This document shows, one piece after another, positions 19,907-29,830 of a stretch of DNA of 64,000 nt. The notes under the pieces were generated by a model. The model saw only the letters and a list, made by a program, of their open reading frames with translations, searched no databases and was not told the DNA's origin. Position 1 is the stretch's first letter. Each line of letters begins with the position of its first letter. The DNA lies in the NCBI GenBank assembly GCA_965217185.1, contig OZ244252.1, forward strand, positions 2,976,001 through 3,040,000. Direction: 5' to 3'. This stretch comes from an uncultured Candidatus Entotheonella sp. Its GTDB lineage: Bacteria; Tectomicrobia; Entotheonellia; Entotheonellales; Entotheonellaceae. Made by a program: the position numbers and the translations under genes.

Positions 19907-21082
19907 CTATTCCTTCGGTAGTCCCAGAACACGCTCGCCGATGATGTTCCTCTGAATTTCCGACGTGCCCGAAAAGATGGTCTCGGCCCGGCTGTAGAGG
20001 AAGTAGTACTGCAGGTCCACCGGCGTGGGGTAGTACGGCGACTCCGGGGAAAGCTGTGACAGCGGACCGAGCAGTTCCTGTCCGATCTCCTGCATGTACT
20101 GATCCGTCTCGCTCCAGTACAGCTTGTCCAACGAAGCCTCGGGCCCCGGCTCCTTGCCGCGCAGGTGGCTGGTGATGGTGCGGTAATTGTTCAGGCGCAT
20201 CAGGTCGACGCGGATGTAGGCGTCGGCGAGTTTCTGGCGCACGATGGCGTCGGCGCTGAGCGGCTTGCCCTTGCGGGTGGTCTTGCGCGCCACGTCGACA
20301 ATGTCGTCGAAGCGGCGCTTGACGCTGACCTGGGTGCCGAACGACGCGGTGCCGCGCTCGTGGGTGAGGGTCGTCATGGCGATGCGCCAGCCGGCGTTGA
20401 GTCCGCCCAGGAGCTGCGATTTGGGCACCCGAACATTGTCGAAGAAGACCTCGTTGAACTCGGAGCCCCCAGTAATCTGCTGGAGGGGCTTGACGGTGAC
20501 GCCGGGGCTGTGCATGTCCACCATCAGATAGCTGATCCCCCGGTGCTTCGGCGCCTCCGGGTCGGTGCGCACCAGGAGGATGCACATGTCGGCGTGCTGG
20601 GCCATGCTGGTCCAGATCTTCTGGCCGTTGACGACAAAATCATCGCCGTCCTCCACCGCGCGGGTTTGCAGCGAGGCGAGGTCGGAGCCGGAGTTGGGCT
20701 CGGAAAATCCCTGGCACCAGATTTCCTCGCCGCTCAGAATTTTGGGGATATAACGTTTCTTCTGGGCTTCCGTACCGTGCGACATGAGGGTCGGGCCGAC
20801 GATCATTAATCCCAGCAGGTTGGCCATCTCCGGCGCCTCGGCGCGGGCCATCTCCTCCGAGAAAACGGCCTGCTCGATCAGCGTCGCACCGCGCCCGCCG
20901 TATTCCTTCGGCCAGTGGATACCCGCCCAACCCGCGTCGTACATCTTGCGCTGCCAGGCACGGCGGTACTGAAAGGCTTCGTCCGGGTCCTTCGGCATCG
21001 GCTCCTTCGGCGCGTTGGCTTCCAGCCAGCTGCGGATGGTCTGCTGAAACGCTATCGCATTGTCGTCAAAACGAATGTCCAT
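19907..21082 (-). CDS. Acyl-CoA dehydrogenase (FadE-like)
   Basis: WCQGFSEPNSGSDLA, NGQKIWTS, FNEVFFDNV, IFSGTSEIQRNII. Confidence 0.93.
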   Translation of the reverse strand: MDIRFDDNAIAFQQTIRSWLEANAPKEPMPKDPDEAFQYRRAWQRKMYDAGWAGIHWPKEYGGRGATLIEQAVFSEEMARAEAPEMANLLGLMIVGPTLMSHGTEAQKKRYIPKILSGEEIWCQGFSEPNSGSDLASLQTRAVEDGDDFVVNGQKIWTSMAQHADMCILLVRTDPEAPKHRGISYLMVDMHSPGVTVKPLQQITGGSEFNEVFFDNVRVPKSQLLGGLNAGWRIAMTTLTHERGTASFGTQVSVKRRFDDIVDVARKTTRKGKPLSADAIVRQKLADAYIRVDLMRLNNYRTITSHLRGKEPGPEASLDKLYWSETDQYMQEIGQELLGPLSQLSPESPYYPTPVDLQYYFLYSRAETIFSGTSEIQRNIIGERVLGLPKE

Positions 21083-21242
21083 GGTGAACAAGCCCTCTCA
21101 CACGGTTAACTTGCCATCGCCGTCTCACGCGGGTCGAAATCGCGCGGTATCATACTGTGGGCCGCCCGGTAGCACAACAGGCGCCGGACGACGCCTCCAC
21201 AAACCGGCAGGCGGCGAACTCGTTTCCCTGGAGCCCCTACAC

Positions 21243-22274
21243 ATGCAGGCGTTCTGGCACGCGCTTCCAAAGCCGTTTTTCGTTCTGGCGCCGCTTGCCG
21301 GTGTGACCGATCCCGCCTTCCGGCGCCTCATCGCCAAGCACGGCAAACCGCACGTCATGTGGACGGAGTTCACCTCCGCCGACGGCCTCTGCGCGCCCGG
21401 CCGCGACCGCCTGCTGCGCGGCTTGGCATACGCGGAGAGCGAGCGGCCCATCGTGGCGCAATTGTTCGGCGCCAAGCCGGATACGATGGAACAGGCAGCG
21501 GCCCTGATGGCCGACCTGGGATTCGACGGCATTGACATCAACATGGGATGCCCGGACCGCAGCGTGGAGAAGCGCGGCGCCGGAGCGGCGCTGTGCATGC
21601 AACCCCTCCTGGCTCAGGCGATGATTCGGGCGGCAAAACGCGGCGGCCTGCCGGTATCGGCAAAAATCCGTCTCGGGTACGACCGCAACGACCTCGCGAC
21701 TTGGTTGCCCGCGCTGCTGGAAGCCGAGCCGGTTGCCATCACCATCCATGCCCGCACCCGCCAGGAGATGTCGCAGATGCCCGCTCGCTGGGACGCAATC
21801 GCCCAGGCCGTGGACATCCGCAACCGGCTTGGCGCGGCCGCCTACATCGTTGGCAATGGCGACGTCACCGACCTTGCTGATGCACGGCGCAAAGTGTGCG
21901 CCACCGGCGCCGACGGCATCATGCTCGGCCGTGCCATATTCGGCAATCCGTGGCTGTTTGATGAGCGGTGGGTTCTGGCCGATGTTCCACCAGCGGAAAA
22001 GCTCCGGGTGCTACTCGAACATACGCGCCTGTTTGAGGGACTTCTGGGGGATATAAAAAGCCTTGACACCATGAAGAAGCACTACAAGGCATACCTGAAG
22101 GGCTTCGATGGTGCCAAGGCTTTGTTTTTGCAGCTTATGGATGCGCACGACGTGAATGAGGTCGAGAGGCGTGTGCGCGCCTGTCCTATCCTCCGAAAAG
22201 CACCCTGGGAAGCCACAGAGCCACTTCTGGAAAAAAGAACACAACCAGCAGTCCTACCACCTGCAGGACCATGA
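21243..22274 (+). CDS. dus: tRNA-dihydrouridine synthase
   Basis: LAPLAGVTD, QLFG, IDINMGCP, KIRLG, IHART, GNGDV, GRAIFGNPW. Confidence 0.9.
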   Translation: MQAFWHALPKPFFVLAPLAGVTDPAFRRLIAKHGKPHVMWTEFTSADGLCAPGRDRLLRGLAYAESERPIVAQLFGAKPDTMEQAAALMADLGFDGIDINMGCPDRSVEKRGAGAALCMQPLLAQAMIRAAKRGGLPVSAKIRLGYDRNDLATWLPALLEAEPVAITIHARTRQEMSQMPARWDAIAQAVDIRNRLGAAAYIVGNGDVTDLADARRKVCATGADGIMLGRAIFGNPWLFDERWVLADVPPAEKLRVLLEHTRLFEGLLGDIKSLDTMKKHYKAYLKGFDGAKALFLQLMDAHDVNEVERRVRACPILRKAPWEATEPLLEKRTQPAVLPPAGP

Positions 22275-23547
22275 ACTGCATCATGCCGTTGTAGATGTCC
22301 GACAGCTCCCACTCCGGCGCAACGCCCTTGAGGTAGTAGGCGGCCATCGCCACCGGCGGCGACAGGAAAGCCGTCTGCAGATTCACCGCCACCAGTGTAC
22401 AGAACCAGACCAGGGTCGCCTGCGGCTCGATGCCCGGCAACAGTGGGTTGGCCGGGTCCGACTGCAGGGCTTCGACGACGGGAAGAAAGATCGGCACGAA
22501 GATCAGCACGATCGCCGGCCATTCCAGCGGCCAACCGAGCACGAAGATGACCACCATCAGGATGATGATCATGGCCATCGGCGGCACCGGCAGGGCGAGC
22601 ATGGTATCGGTGATGAGCGTCGCGGTGCCCAGGCGGGCGAATACGGATCCGTAGATGTTCGAGGCCACGGCCAGGAACAGCACCATGCTGGAGGTTCCGA
22701 GCGTGCTCAGGGTCGCTTCGCGCAGCATGGACCAGTTCAGCCGTCCGTACAGCGCGGCCAGCAACAGGGCGCCCAAGGCCGCCATAGCAGCCGCCTCGGT
22801 CGGCGTCGCCAGCCCGGCAATGATACTGCCCAAGGCGGCGAATACGACAACCGCCAGCGGCACGATGCCCAGGAAGAATTCGCGGATCACCATCCAGAAA
22901 GATTCCGGTTGCTCCTCGGGTGGCAGCGGCGGCCCGAGTTCCGGGTCGATCTGGCAGCGGATGAACGTGTAGCCGAAATACAGCCCGGAAAGGATGAGAC
23001 CCGGCACGATCGCGGCGGCAAAAAGCTGCACCACGGACACCCCGACCACCGGTCCCAGAACGACCAGCAATACACTGGGCGGAATGAGGATGCCCAGGCA
23101 GCCGCCAGCCGTGATGACGCCAGCGGACAGGGCCGTGTTGTAACGGCTGCGCGTCATCGCCGGCGCGGCCAGCAGTCCCATGACGGTGACGGAAGCGCCG
23201 ATAATGCCGGTCGCCGTGGCAAAAATCGTCGACACGAACAACACGCCGAGGAACAACGAACCCTTGACCCGCGCCAGGATGAACTGGAACGATAGAAAGA
23301 GGCGCTCCATCAGCCCCGCCTGCTCCAGGAGGTGCCCCATGAATATGAACAGAGGCACGGCGGCCAGGGTCTCCTCTTTCATGATCTGCCAGGTCTGGAA
23401 GAACATCAGGAAGAAGACCACCTTGCCGAAGCCGATGTACCCGAACACGACGGCGAGGATGATCAGGGTAAAGGCAATCGGAAAGCCGATGAAAATACAC
23501 GTGATGAGGGCGACAAGAAGGATCAGGCCAAGGTATTCCGGATTCAT
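22186..23547 (-). CDS. dctM: TRAP transporter large permease DctM
   Basis: AVPLFIFMG, LGILIPPS, TPTEAAA, LSPPV; multiple TM segments. Confidence 0.93.
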   Translation of the reverse strand: MNPEYLGLILLVALITCIFIGFPIAFTLIILAVVFGYIGFGKVVFFLMFFQTWQIMKEETLAAVPLFIFMGHLLEQAGLMERLFLSFQFILARVKGSLFLGVLFVSTIFATATGIIGASVTVMGLLAAPAMTRSRYNTALSAGVITAGGCLGILIPPSVLLVVLGPVVGVSVVQLFAAAIVPGLILSGLYFGYTFIRCQIDPELGPPLPPEEQPESFWMVIREFFLGIVPLAVVVFAALGSIIAGLATPTEAAAMAALGALLLAALYGRLNWSMLREATLSTLGTSSMVLFLAVASNIYGSVFARLGTATLITDTMLALPVPPMAMIIILMVVIFVLGWPLEWPAIVLIFVPIFLPVVEALQSDPANPLLPGIEPQATLVWFCTLVAVNLQTAFLSPPVAMAAYYLKGVAPEWELSDIYNGMMQFMVLQVVGLLVVFFFPEVALWLPRVLFGG

Positions 23548-24143
23548 AGGATGTCGCCTCTCAGAACGGGTGGCTCGCTTTCAATGAGGGGTTCGCCTTT
23601 AATGGCGGCGTACGCGCTCTTCATGAACTCCGAGGCCCCTTGGAGGATCAGGAGGCCCGCGGCGACGGGCACGACGGTTTTGAAGGGATAGATGATCGGG
23701 CGCCACGGGCTGGCATCCGAGCGCTCGCCAATTCCCCACGATTGCATTGCCTCTTCCCAGCCGGCAAACATGAAGAAGAGCATCCCCGGGAAGAAAAAAA
23801 ACAGGTACATGCTCGCATCCACGATGCCTTTCCATTGCACGGTGAACTTCTCGTACAGCATGTCGGTGCGGATGTGGCTGCCTTTGTACAGGGTGTAGGC
23901 AGCACCCAACATGAAGTGAGAACCGTACAGGATGTACGTCACGTCATAGGCCCAGATGGTGGGCGCGTTGAAGAGATAGCGGGCAAAAACCTCGTAGCAC
24001 AGGCCGCCCACCATGGGCAACACAAGCCCGGCAAAGAGCAGGCCCGACCCCCGCCCGATGACGGTATCGATGATGCGCACCGCAAGAACCAGCGCCTTGG
24101 GCGGCACCTCTTCCGGGGATGCGGTCTCGTTTTCAGCAACCAT
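23544..24143 (-). CDS. dctQ: TRAP transporter small permease DctQ
   Basis: YEVFARYLFNAPTIWAYD, HIRTD; four TM segments. Confidence 0.92.
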   Translation of the reverse strand: MVAENETASPEEVPPKALVLAVRIIDTVIGRGSGLLFAGLVLPMVGGLCYEVFARYLFNAPTIWAYDVTYILYGSHFMLGAAYTLYKGSHIRTDMLYEKFTVQWKGIVDASMYLFFFFPGMLFFMFAGWEEAMQSWGIGERSDASPWRPIIYPFKTVVPVAAGLLILQGASEFMKSAYAAIKGEPLIESEPPVLRGDIL

Positions 24144-24182
24144 GCTGGGCTCCCATCCTGGCAGCGGGAAAAGATAGACGCT

Positions 24183-24226
24183 AACACGCCCAAGGCCCGT
24201 TTGTGCAACCGGCCCTTGGGCGTGTT
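24183..24226. other. Stem-loop between dctP and dctQ (mRNA stabiliser or partial terminator)
   Basis: AACACGCCCAAGG ... CCTTGGGCGTGTT perfect 13-bp inverted repeat. Confidence 0.6.
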
Positions 24227-24252
24227 GTTACCTCACTCTCAAGGGGCTTTCC

Positions 24253-25377
24253 TTACTTCAGGAAAATCAGGTCTTTCCAGTAGTAGTCACTGGCGAACTC
24301 GTACGGCGGCCACACGGAGCGCCGATACGGAACCAGCAACGAGGCATACGCCTTTTGGGATTCGACCACACGCTTGATGAAGGGATCCTCGGCCACTTTC
24401 TGCGCGAGGATTTTGTCGTAGGTCTTGAGAAAGGTGATGAGGATGTCGTCCGGCGTGCGGCGGACCTCGACGCCGTGCTTCTCCACCATTTCCTTGTACG
24501 CCTCGGCGTTCTGGCGCTGCCAGCTTACCCACCAGTGGAAGAAAGTGGCCTGCGTCGCGGCGCGCACGATCTCCTGGAGGTCGGGTGCCAAGCTATCCCA
24601 GGTGCTCTTGTTGATCAGCAGGTCACCAACGGTGGTAGGTTCGTGCATGCCGGGGGTGTAGTGATATTTCCAGACATTGTGGAAGCCGAGCTTGAGGTCC
24701 TCGATGCCGCCGACCCATTCGGCGCCGTCGATAACGCCGCGCTCAGCCGCCGGCAGGATTTCGGCGCCCGGCAGGGTCACGACGGTCATGCCCGCCTCTT
24801 TGAACACGTCCGCACCGATGCCGTAGATGCGGAACTTGACGCCTTTGAAGTCTTCCCAGCCCTCGATGGGCTTCTTGAACCAGCCCAGGGCCTGCGGCGC
24901 CGCCGCCAGGATGGGGAAGCTGACGACGTCGAGCCGCAAGACTTCCTGGTACCACTCGTTGATCAGTTCGAGGCCGCCGCCTTCCCAGATCCAGCCGAAC
25001 ATGTCAATGGTGTCCATGCCGAAGAGCGGCCCGTGGGACAGCGGCACGGCAGCCCAGTGCTTGCCGATGTAATAGCCGGGCGCGGTGTGGCCGCCGTCGA
25101 TGACGCCGCGCGCCGTGGCGTCGAGAACCTCGAACGGCCCCACCACGGTGCCGGCGGGCAGCGTGTCAATCTTCAGCCGCCCCCCCGACATTTTGTCTAC
25201 CTTGTCGGCAAACATCTCGAAATTGTCGTACAGCGTCAGGCCAGACGGCCAACTGGCTTGAAACGTAAGTGTTTTGCTCTGCGCCAGGGTCTCCGGCACC
25301 TCCCCGGGACCCAAGCCAAGCATGAGTGCCAGCACCACCAATGCGCTGCTCGCCCCTACCCACATCCGTCTACTCAT
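24253..25377 (-). CDS. dctP: TRAP substrate-binding protein DctP (TakP-like)
   Basis: Signal peptide; MSGGRL, GWFKKPI, KFRIYG, GVIDGAEW, YTPGMHEP. Confidence 0.9.
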   Translation of the reverse strand: MSRRMWVGASSALVVLALMLGLGPGEVPETLAQSKTLTFQASWPSGLTLYDNFEMFADKVDKMSGGRLKIDTLPAGTVVGPFEVLDATARGVIDGGHTAPGYYIGKHWAAVPLSHGPLFGMDTIDMFGWIWEGGGLELINEWYQEVLRLDVVSFPILAAAPQALGWFKKPIEGWEDFKGVKFRIYGIGADVFKEAGMTVVTLPGAEILPAAERGVIDGAEWVGGIEDLKLGFHNVWKYHYTPGMHEPTTVGDLLINKSTWDSLAPDLQEIVRAATQATFFHWWVSWQRQNAEAYKEMVEKHGVEVRRTPDDILITFLKTYDKILAQKVAEDPFIKRVVESQKAYASLLVPYRRSVWPPYEFASDYYWKDLIFLK

Positions 25378-25422
25378 TCCCGCTTCTCCTTCGAGTAAGG
25401 TCTCCCCCAAAAAAAGTGCGCC

Positions 25423-25450
25423 ATCCTAACAAAGATTGAACCCCTGTCAA
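25423..25450 (-). promoter_or_regulatory. Putative sigma70 promoter of the TRAP operon
   Basis: Minus strand TTGACA-16nt-TAGGAT with extended -10 TG. Confidence 0.55.
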
Positions 25451-25501
25451 CCCCTCGTGGGCGGCAATGCTGGCGCAGCAGCTAAGGTACAGGCATTGCG
25501 T

Positions 25502-26998
25502 TCAACACCAGACAGACAGCAGCAGTTGCTGGGTGTCTTCCCTGTCAACCACCCGTTGCCGCCTTTTCACGTCTGTCTCCGCCAGCCGATCCTTCGGAAG
25601 CACCGGGTTCAGATAAGCAAGCAGGTCGCCGCGCACCACGACGTTCGATCCCTCGCTTGCCCTGATTCGCCAGGTATCCGGCAAGCAGCAGAACTGGGCC
25701 TTTTTGAAGAAATGCCCCACCCCGTCCATGGCCTCTACCGCTTTCACGAACAAAACGTTGTCGTCCGGGACCTGCTGGAATACCGCCGGCGAATGCGTAT
25801 TGACAATCACTTGGCGCAGCGGGTTATCGGACCCAATGGGTCCTCGGGTATCCGCTGCGATATCGCATAGCAACTCCAGGATGGCCGGTATCCGCGCCGG
25901 ATGGATACCGTTCTCCGGTTCTTCCAGACAGAGCACGCCCTGGGTTTCCGGGTCCATCTCCAGAACAGCCAGGGCCAGGAAGCGCAGGGTGCCGTCCGAC
26001 AGCGCCCATGCCGGATGGGGGGTTCCGCCGTCGTCCTTGGCATATAAGGTCAACAGTTCTCGTTTCTCGTCCCTGTCGATGTAGATCTCGCGCGCATCAT
26101 CCATGAGCCCAATCAGGCGATCGGCAACCTGGCTATACGTGTGGGGTAATTTTGCATCTTCCACCAAACCATCACCTTCCCGTTCTCCCGTGTTGCGAGC
26201 CAAGCGGTACAAAGTGGCTGCCAGATGGCTGCCGTCCGTCCCCAAGCGTGTGGAGGCCGCGAATTCGTCTGGACGCCTGAGTGCGGCGGGTTCCAGTTGC
26301 AGCATCCGCCATGACTCCATTTCCCGACGAGCCACCAACACGGTGGGGCTTTCCGCAGCGTTGGCTACTGAAAGGACGGTGCGAGGCAGGTTGGCCGCCG
26401 GCCTGGACAAGGGGCCGCCACCGCCGCCGTCCTGATGCAGATAGATGATTCCGTTCCCGCCCTCTACTTGGGTCGAGATGAACGGCGCGTTGGTACGCCG
26501 GCCGTGCACGACCGATTCTCGCCAGTGTTTGACGCTATGGGGAAACAAAAGATGCTTCAAGGCATCGCGCTGGGAAATGTGCACCAGTTCCTCTTTCACA
26601 ATTTTGAGGGCTCCTGGTGTCAGACTGTCGCCGGTCTCCCGATAGGCAAGTTCCAGTGAGTAGCGCAAAAACGTAATGCTGGCCTTGGCTACCTGGCCCA
26701 GATCGTCAACGGCTGCCCTCGGCACGAGCATCTCCGCTTCAAAGGACATTTTGTCAGCGTAGCGGTCGCCTGCGCGATGAAAGAGACTGCGCACGTCTGC
26801 CGTGCGGCTATCCTGATCGCGCACGGAGGCCGCAGCCGACATAAGCGTTTGATTTGCCAGCGCACTCAGAAATCGGATGACGTCGAACAGATTTGACTTG
26901 CCCACCCCATTGGGTCCGACCACGCAGGTGAACGGACCAAAACGCACGTCCACATCTACCAGGTTCTTGAAACCAGAGACTTTCAGTCGGGTCAGCAT
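25502..26998 (-). CDS. ABC/SMC-like ATPase (AAA_21/AAA_15 type)
   Basis: Walker A GPNGVGKS, signature LSDGT, Walker B/D-loop CLEEPENGIHP, H-loop NTHSP. Confidence 0.85.
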   Translation of the reverse strand: MLTRLKVSGFKNLVDVDVRFGPFTCVVGPNGVGKSNLFDVIRFLSALANQTLMSAAASVRDQDSRTADVRSLFHRAGDRYADKMSFEAEMLVPRAAVDDLGQVAKASITFLRYSLELAYRETGDSLTPGALKIVKEELVHISQRDALKHLLFPHSVKHWRESVVHGRRTNAPFISTQVEGGNGIIYLHQDGGGGGPLSRPAANLPRTVLSVANAAESPTVLVARREMESWRMLQLEPAALRRPDEFAASTRLGTDGSHLAATLYRLARNTGEREGDGLVEDAKLPHTYSQVADRLIGLMDDAREIYIDRDEKRELLTLYAKDDGGTPHPAWALSDGTLRFLALAVLEMDPETQGVLCLEEPENGIHPARIPAILELLCDIAADTRGPIGSDNPLRQVIVNTHSPAVFQQVPDDNVLFVKAVEAMDGVGHFFKKAQFCCLPDTWRIRASEGSNVVVRGDLLAYLNPVLPKDRLAETDVKRRQRVVDREDTQQLLLSVWC

Positions 26999-27112
26999 GA
27001 AGCTATCTCCTGGACTGAAACTGAGGTGTCTCCAGAGAGGCGGCAGGTTTTGTTTGAATAGTTTCCGGAGGTATATCTGGTTGCCGGCGTAACAGCACGC
27101 GATGAGCGTTCG

Positions 27113-28342
27113 TTACCGCACCAGATGCTCATACACCGCCTGCAGGCCCGCGCGACCGATGCGCTGGCGGGCGAAGCGCATGCTGCTGACGCGGCGGTAT
27201 TCGTGCGGGGTCACCGCGTCATCGCCGTGGGCCAAGGCGATGCAGGCCACGGTTTCCTGCCCACCCTGAAACTGCTCGGCGCCGGTAACGGCCAAGCCCA
27301 GGTCGGTGGCGTTGCGCCGCCGTACGTTGCGCGCCATGGCGGCAGCGACCTCGGGGCTGACGATGCCGTGCCGGGCGACCAGCGCTTCGGGCACGTCCAA
27401 CAGGCGTTCCAGCGCAGTCGGGTGATGCGCCATGACCGCGGCAACGAACCGATGGTCCGGCGCCAGCGCGCTGCCCAATTCGTGGCCCACGCCGCCACTC
27501 ATGCCGGACTCCGCCACCGCAATCGTGAGGTCATGCTGGCGCAGCAGGTCGGCAACGGCCTGGTCGTACTCCACCGCATCGCGCCCGTATACCGCCTTGC
27601 CCAGCCGCTGCCGCACCGCGGCCTCCAGCGGGTCGAGCAGGACGGCAGCGGCCGCCTCATCAGCCGCCTTTGCTGTCAGGCGCACGTGAATCTCGCCGAG
27701 CTGCATCTGCGCCAGCAGGCCGATCGTCGGGTTCGAACCCTTTTGGATCAGGTCATCCAGGGTTTCGTCAATGTAGCTCTCGGTCAGCCCCAGGCACTTC
27801 AGCGTCCGTGACACCAATACCGCCTGCACCTGAAAGCGCTCCTTGAGGTGCGGCAGCACGGCGTTTTCCATCAGGTAGCGCAACTCCCCCGGCACGCCGG
27901 GGAAGCACACCACCGCACCGCCGCGCAGCGTCGGCGCCACGAAGATGGGCGCGGTGCCAACCGGGTTCTCAATCGGCAGCGCACCGGCGGGCGCATATGC
28001 CTGCCGGGCGTTGTTCTCCGTGTACCGGTTCCCCATCATCGCCTTGATCTGCTCCAGCAGGTTGGGGTGCAGTTCCAGCGGCACTCCGAGCACCTCGGCC
28101 ACCGACTCGCGCGTCATGTCGTCCAGCGTCGGGCCGATGCCGCCGGTCGTCAGCACCAGGTCGCTGCGGTCCACCGCCCGCTGCAGCGTCTCGACGATGC
28201 GGCCCTTGTTGTCCCCCACGGTGCTCTTGTAGTACAGATCGATCCCCAGGCTCGACAACTGTTGCGCGATGTAGGCGGCGTTGGTATCGATGATCTGCCC
28301 GAGGAGCAATTCCGTGCCGATGACGATAATCTCGGCTTGCAT
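27113..28342 (-). CDS. cinA: Competence/damage-inducible CinA (MocF domain + PncC-like domain)
   Basis: GTELLLGQIIDTN, VGDN, TGGIGPTLDDMT, NPVGTAP, PGVP; C-terminal AVAES domain is divergent. Confidence 0.88.
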   Translation of the reverse strand: MQAEIIVIGTELLLGQIIDTNAAYIAQQLSSLGIDLYYKSTVGDNKGRIVETLQRAVDRSDLVLTTGGIGPTLDDMTRESVAEVLGVPLELHPNLLEQIKAMMGNRYTENNARQAYAPAGALPIENPVGTAPIFVAPTLRGGAVVCFPGVPGELRYLMENAVLPHLKERFQVQAVLVSRTLKCLGLTESYIDETLDDLIQKGSNPTIGLLAQMQLGEIHVRLTAKAADEAAAAVLLDPLEAAVRQRLGKAVYGRDAVEYDQAVADLLRQHDLTIAVAESGMSGGVGHELGSALAPDHRFVAAVMAHHPTALERLLDVPEALVARHGIVSPEVAAAMARNVRRRNATDLGLAVTGAEQFQGGQETVACIALAHGDDAVTPHEYRRVSSMRFARQRIGRAGLQAVYEHLVR

Positions 28343-28354
28343 GCCGGTTCTCTC

Positions 28355-28834
28355 CTACTCACTGTCGAAACGCTGAATGTCCAGGATGCGCAGGCGCCGG
28401 GTGCCCGCCGGCAGGACGATGTCGGCGTCGTCGTCAAGCTCTTTGCCGACGAGCCCGCTGCCCAGGGGTGACAGGTAAGAAATGATGTTTTGTTCCGGCA
28501 CCGCGTCCGCTTCGCCCAACAGGGTGTACGTCACCTCCTCCCTGCTTTCCAGATCGAGGCAGCTTACCCTGGTGCCGATGGATACGCGCTCGCACGAAAT
28601 CTGCAAATCCTCGATGAAGCGGGGGGAGCGGAGCTGTACTTCGAGATCGTGAATGCGTCGCTGGACCTGCTCCAACTGCTCGCGAGCGGCATGGTACTCG
28701 GCATTTTCGCTGAGGTCGCCCTCGGCGGCGGCGATATTCTTTGCCCGGCTCAGGTTCATCAGGTCCTCGGAACGCAATTTTTGCAAGTCCTCGGAGAGTC
28801 GTGCATGCGCTGCACGAGTGAAGAAATGGCTCAT
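28355..28834 (-). CDS. greA: Transcription elongation factor GreA
   Basis: GDLSENAEYHAARE, ISYLSPLG. Confidence 0.93.
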   Translation of the reverse strand: MSHFFTRAAHARLSEDLQKLRSEDLMNLSRAKNIAAAEGDLSENAEYHAAREQLEQVQRRIHDLEVQLRSPRFIEDLQISCERVSIGTRVSCLDLESREEVTYTLLGEADAVPEQNIISYLSPLGSGLVGKELDDDADIVLPAGTRRLRILDIQRFDSE

Positions 28835-29047
28835 AAAGTGTTACGTCTCCTCATTCTGGCTGGGATCCATACGGAAAAACGCGAAGGCACACACAATTTC
28901 GCACGAACCCCACACAGTGTCAAAGCGCCGGTCGACCGCACCCATCGGGGTTTCCGGCCCGTCCCGGAATTGTGCCACCCCCATCGATCTGCTACATTGC
29001 GCGCCAGTTTCGAGAACAACCGAACAGGGCTTGCAGGTGAATCCCGA

Positions 29048-29806
29048 ATGGTCACGCGCTTTCTCCGCAGGCGCCAAGCCTCCGATTCCGCCAGGAGTCT
29101 GATGCGCGCCGCACTTATCGAGGCTTTGCAGTCGCCCGCCTGCGCACTCTGCCAAATCGCCCAGCAAAACAACCCGCGGTACGTTGAAACGCTGCTTGAC
29201 GAGGCGGTCATCGACGTCGAGCAGCGGGACGCTTGGCGCGCCGCCAAGGGCTTGTGCAGTTGGCACGCCTGGATGGCCGTCAAGACACCGCAAGGCGCCG
29301 GCAGCTTGGCCATCCTGTACCAGGACGTGTTGCGGCATGACCTGTCGCAGATCGATCCCCTGACCACGCCGGACGGTGACGGACGACAGCGGAGCGCGCA
29401 ACGCCGGTTCCTGCGCCGGCTGCGAACGTGGCTGGAATCGTGGCAGGCGGGGCCGACGTGTCCCGCATGCCGTACCTGGGGTGAGCAGGAGCGCCTTTAC
29501 GTCCAGGTGCTCCTCAACGACTGGCCCGAGCCCGCCTTGTCCCAGGCTTTCGCGGCATCGGTCGGTCTGTGCTGGCCGCACCTGCGGCGGTTGGCGGCCT
29601 GGCAACCCCGCCACGAGCACCTGCCGGCTGTGCTCAAGGCCCAACGCGCCTGCCTCGAACGCCTGCAGAGTGACCTGGAATCGTTCATACGGAAGCTCGA
29701 TTACCGCTTCGCTGACGAGCCTTACGGCCGCGAAGCCGACGCTTGGCGGCGCGCGGTGTCGCTTTACGCCGGTACCGACGGCTGGCTGGGCAGCGCGCCA
29801 CAGTAA
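29048..29806 (+). CDS. Cys/His-rich hypothetical protein (DUF6062-like)
   Basis: Two similar halves, each with CxxC ... GLCxxH; C-terminal FIRKLDYR...AWRRAV. Confidence 0.65.
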   Translation: MVTRFLRRRQASDSARSLMRAALIEALQSPACALCQIAQQNNPRYVETLLDEAVIDVEQRDAWRAAKGLCSWHAWMAVKTPQGAGSLAILYQDVLRHDLSQIDPLTTPDGDGRQRSAQRRFLRRLRTWLESWQAGPTCPACRTWGEQERLYVQVLLNDWPEPALSQAFAASVGLCWPHLRRLAAWQPRHEHLPAVLKAQRACLERLQSDLESFIRKLDYRFADEPYGREADAWRRAVSLYAGTDGWLGSAPQ

Positions 29807-29830
29807 CCTGACGCGAGGAGCCGTTTCAGC

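Noticed and set aside
28490..29047. N-terminal extension of the 438-aa ORF
   Set aside because: Overlaps greA antisense and its promoter region; the protein-like sequence begins near 29048.
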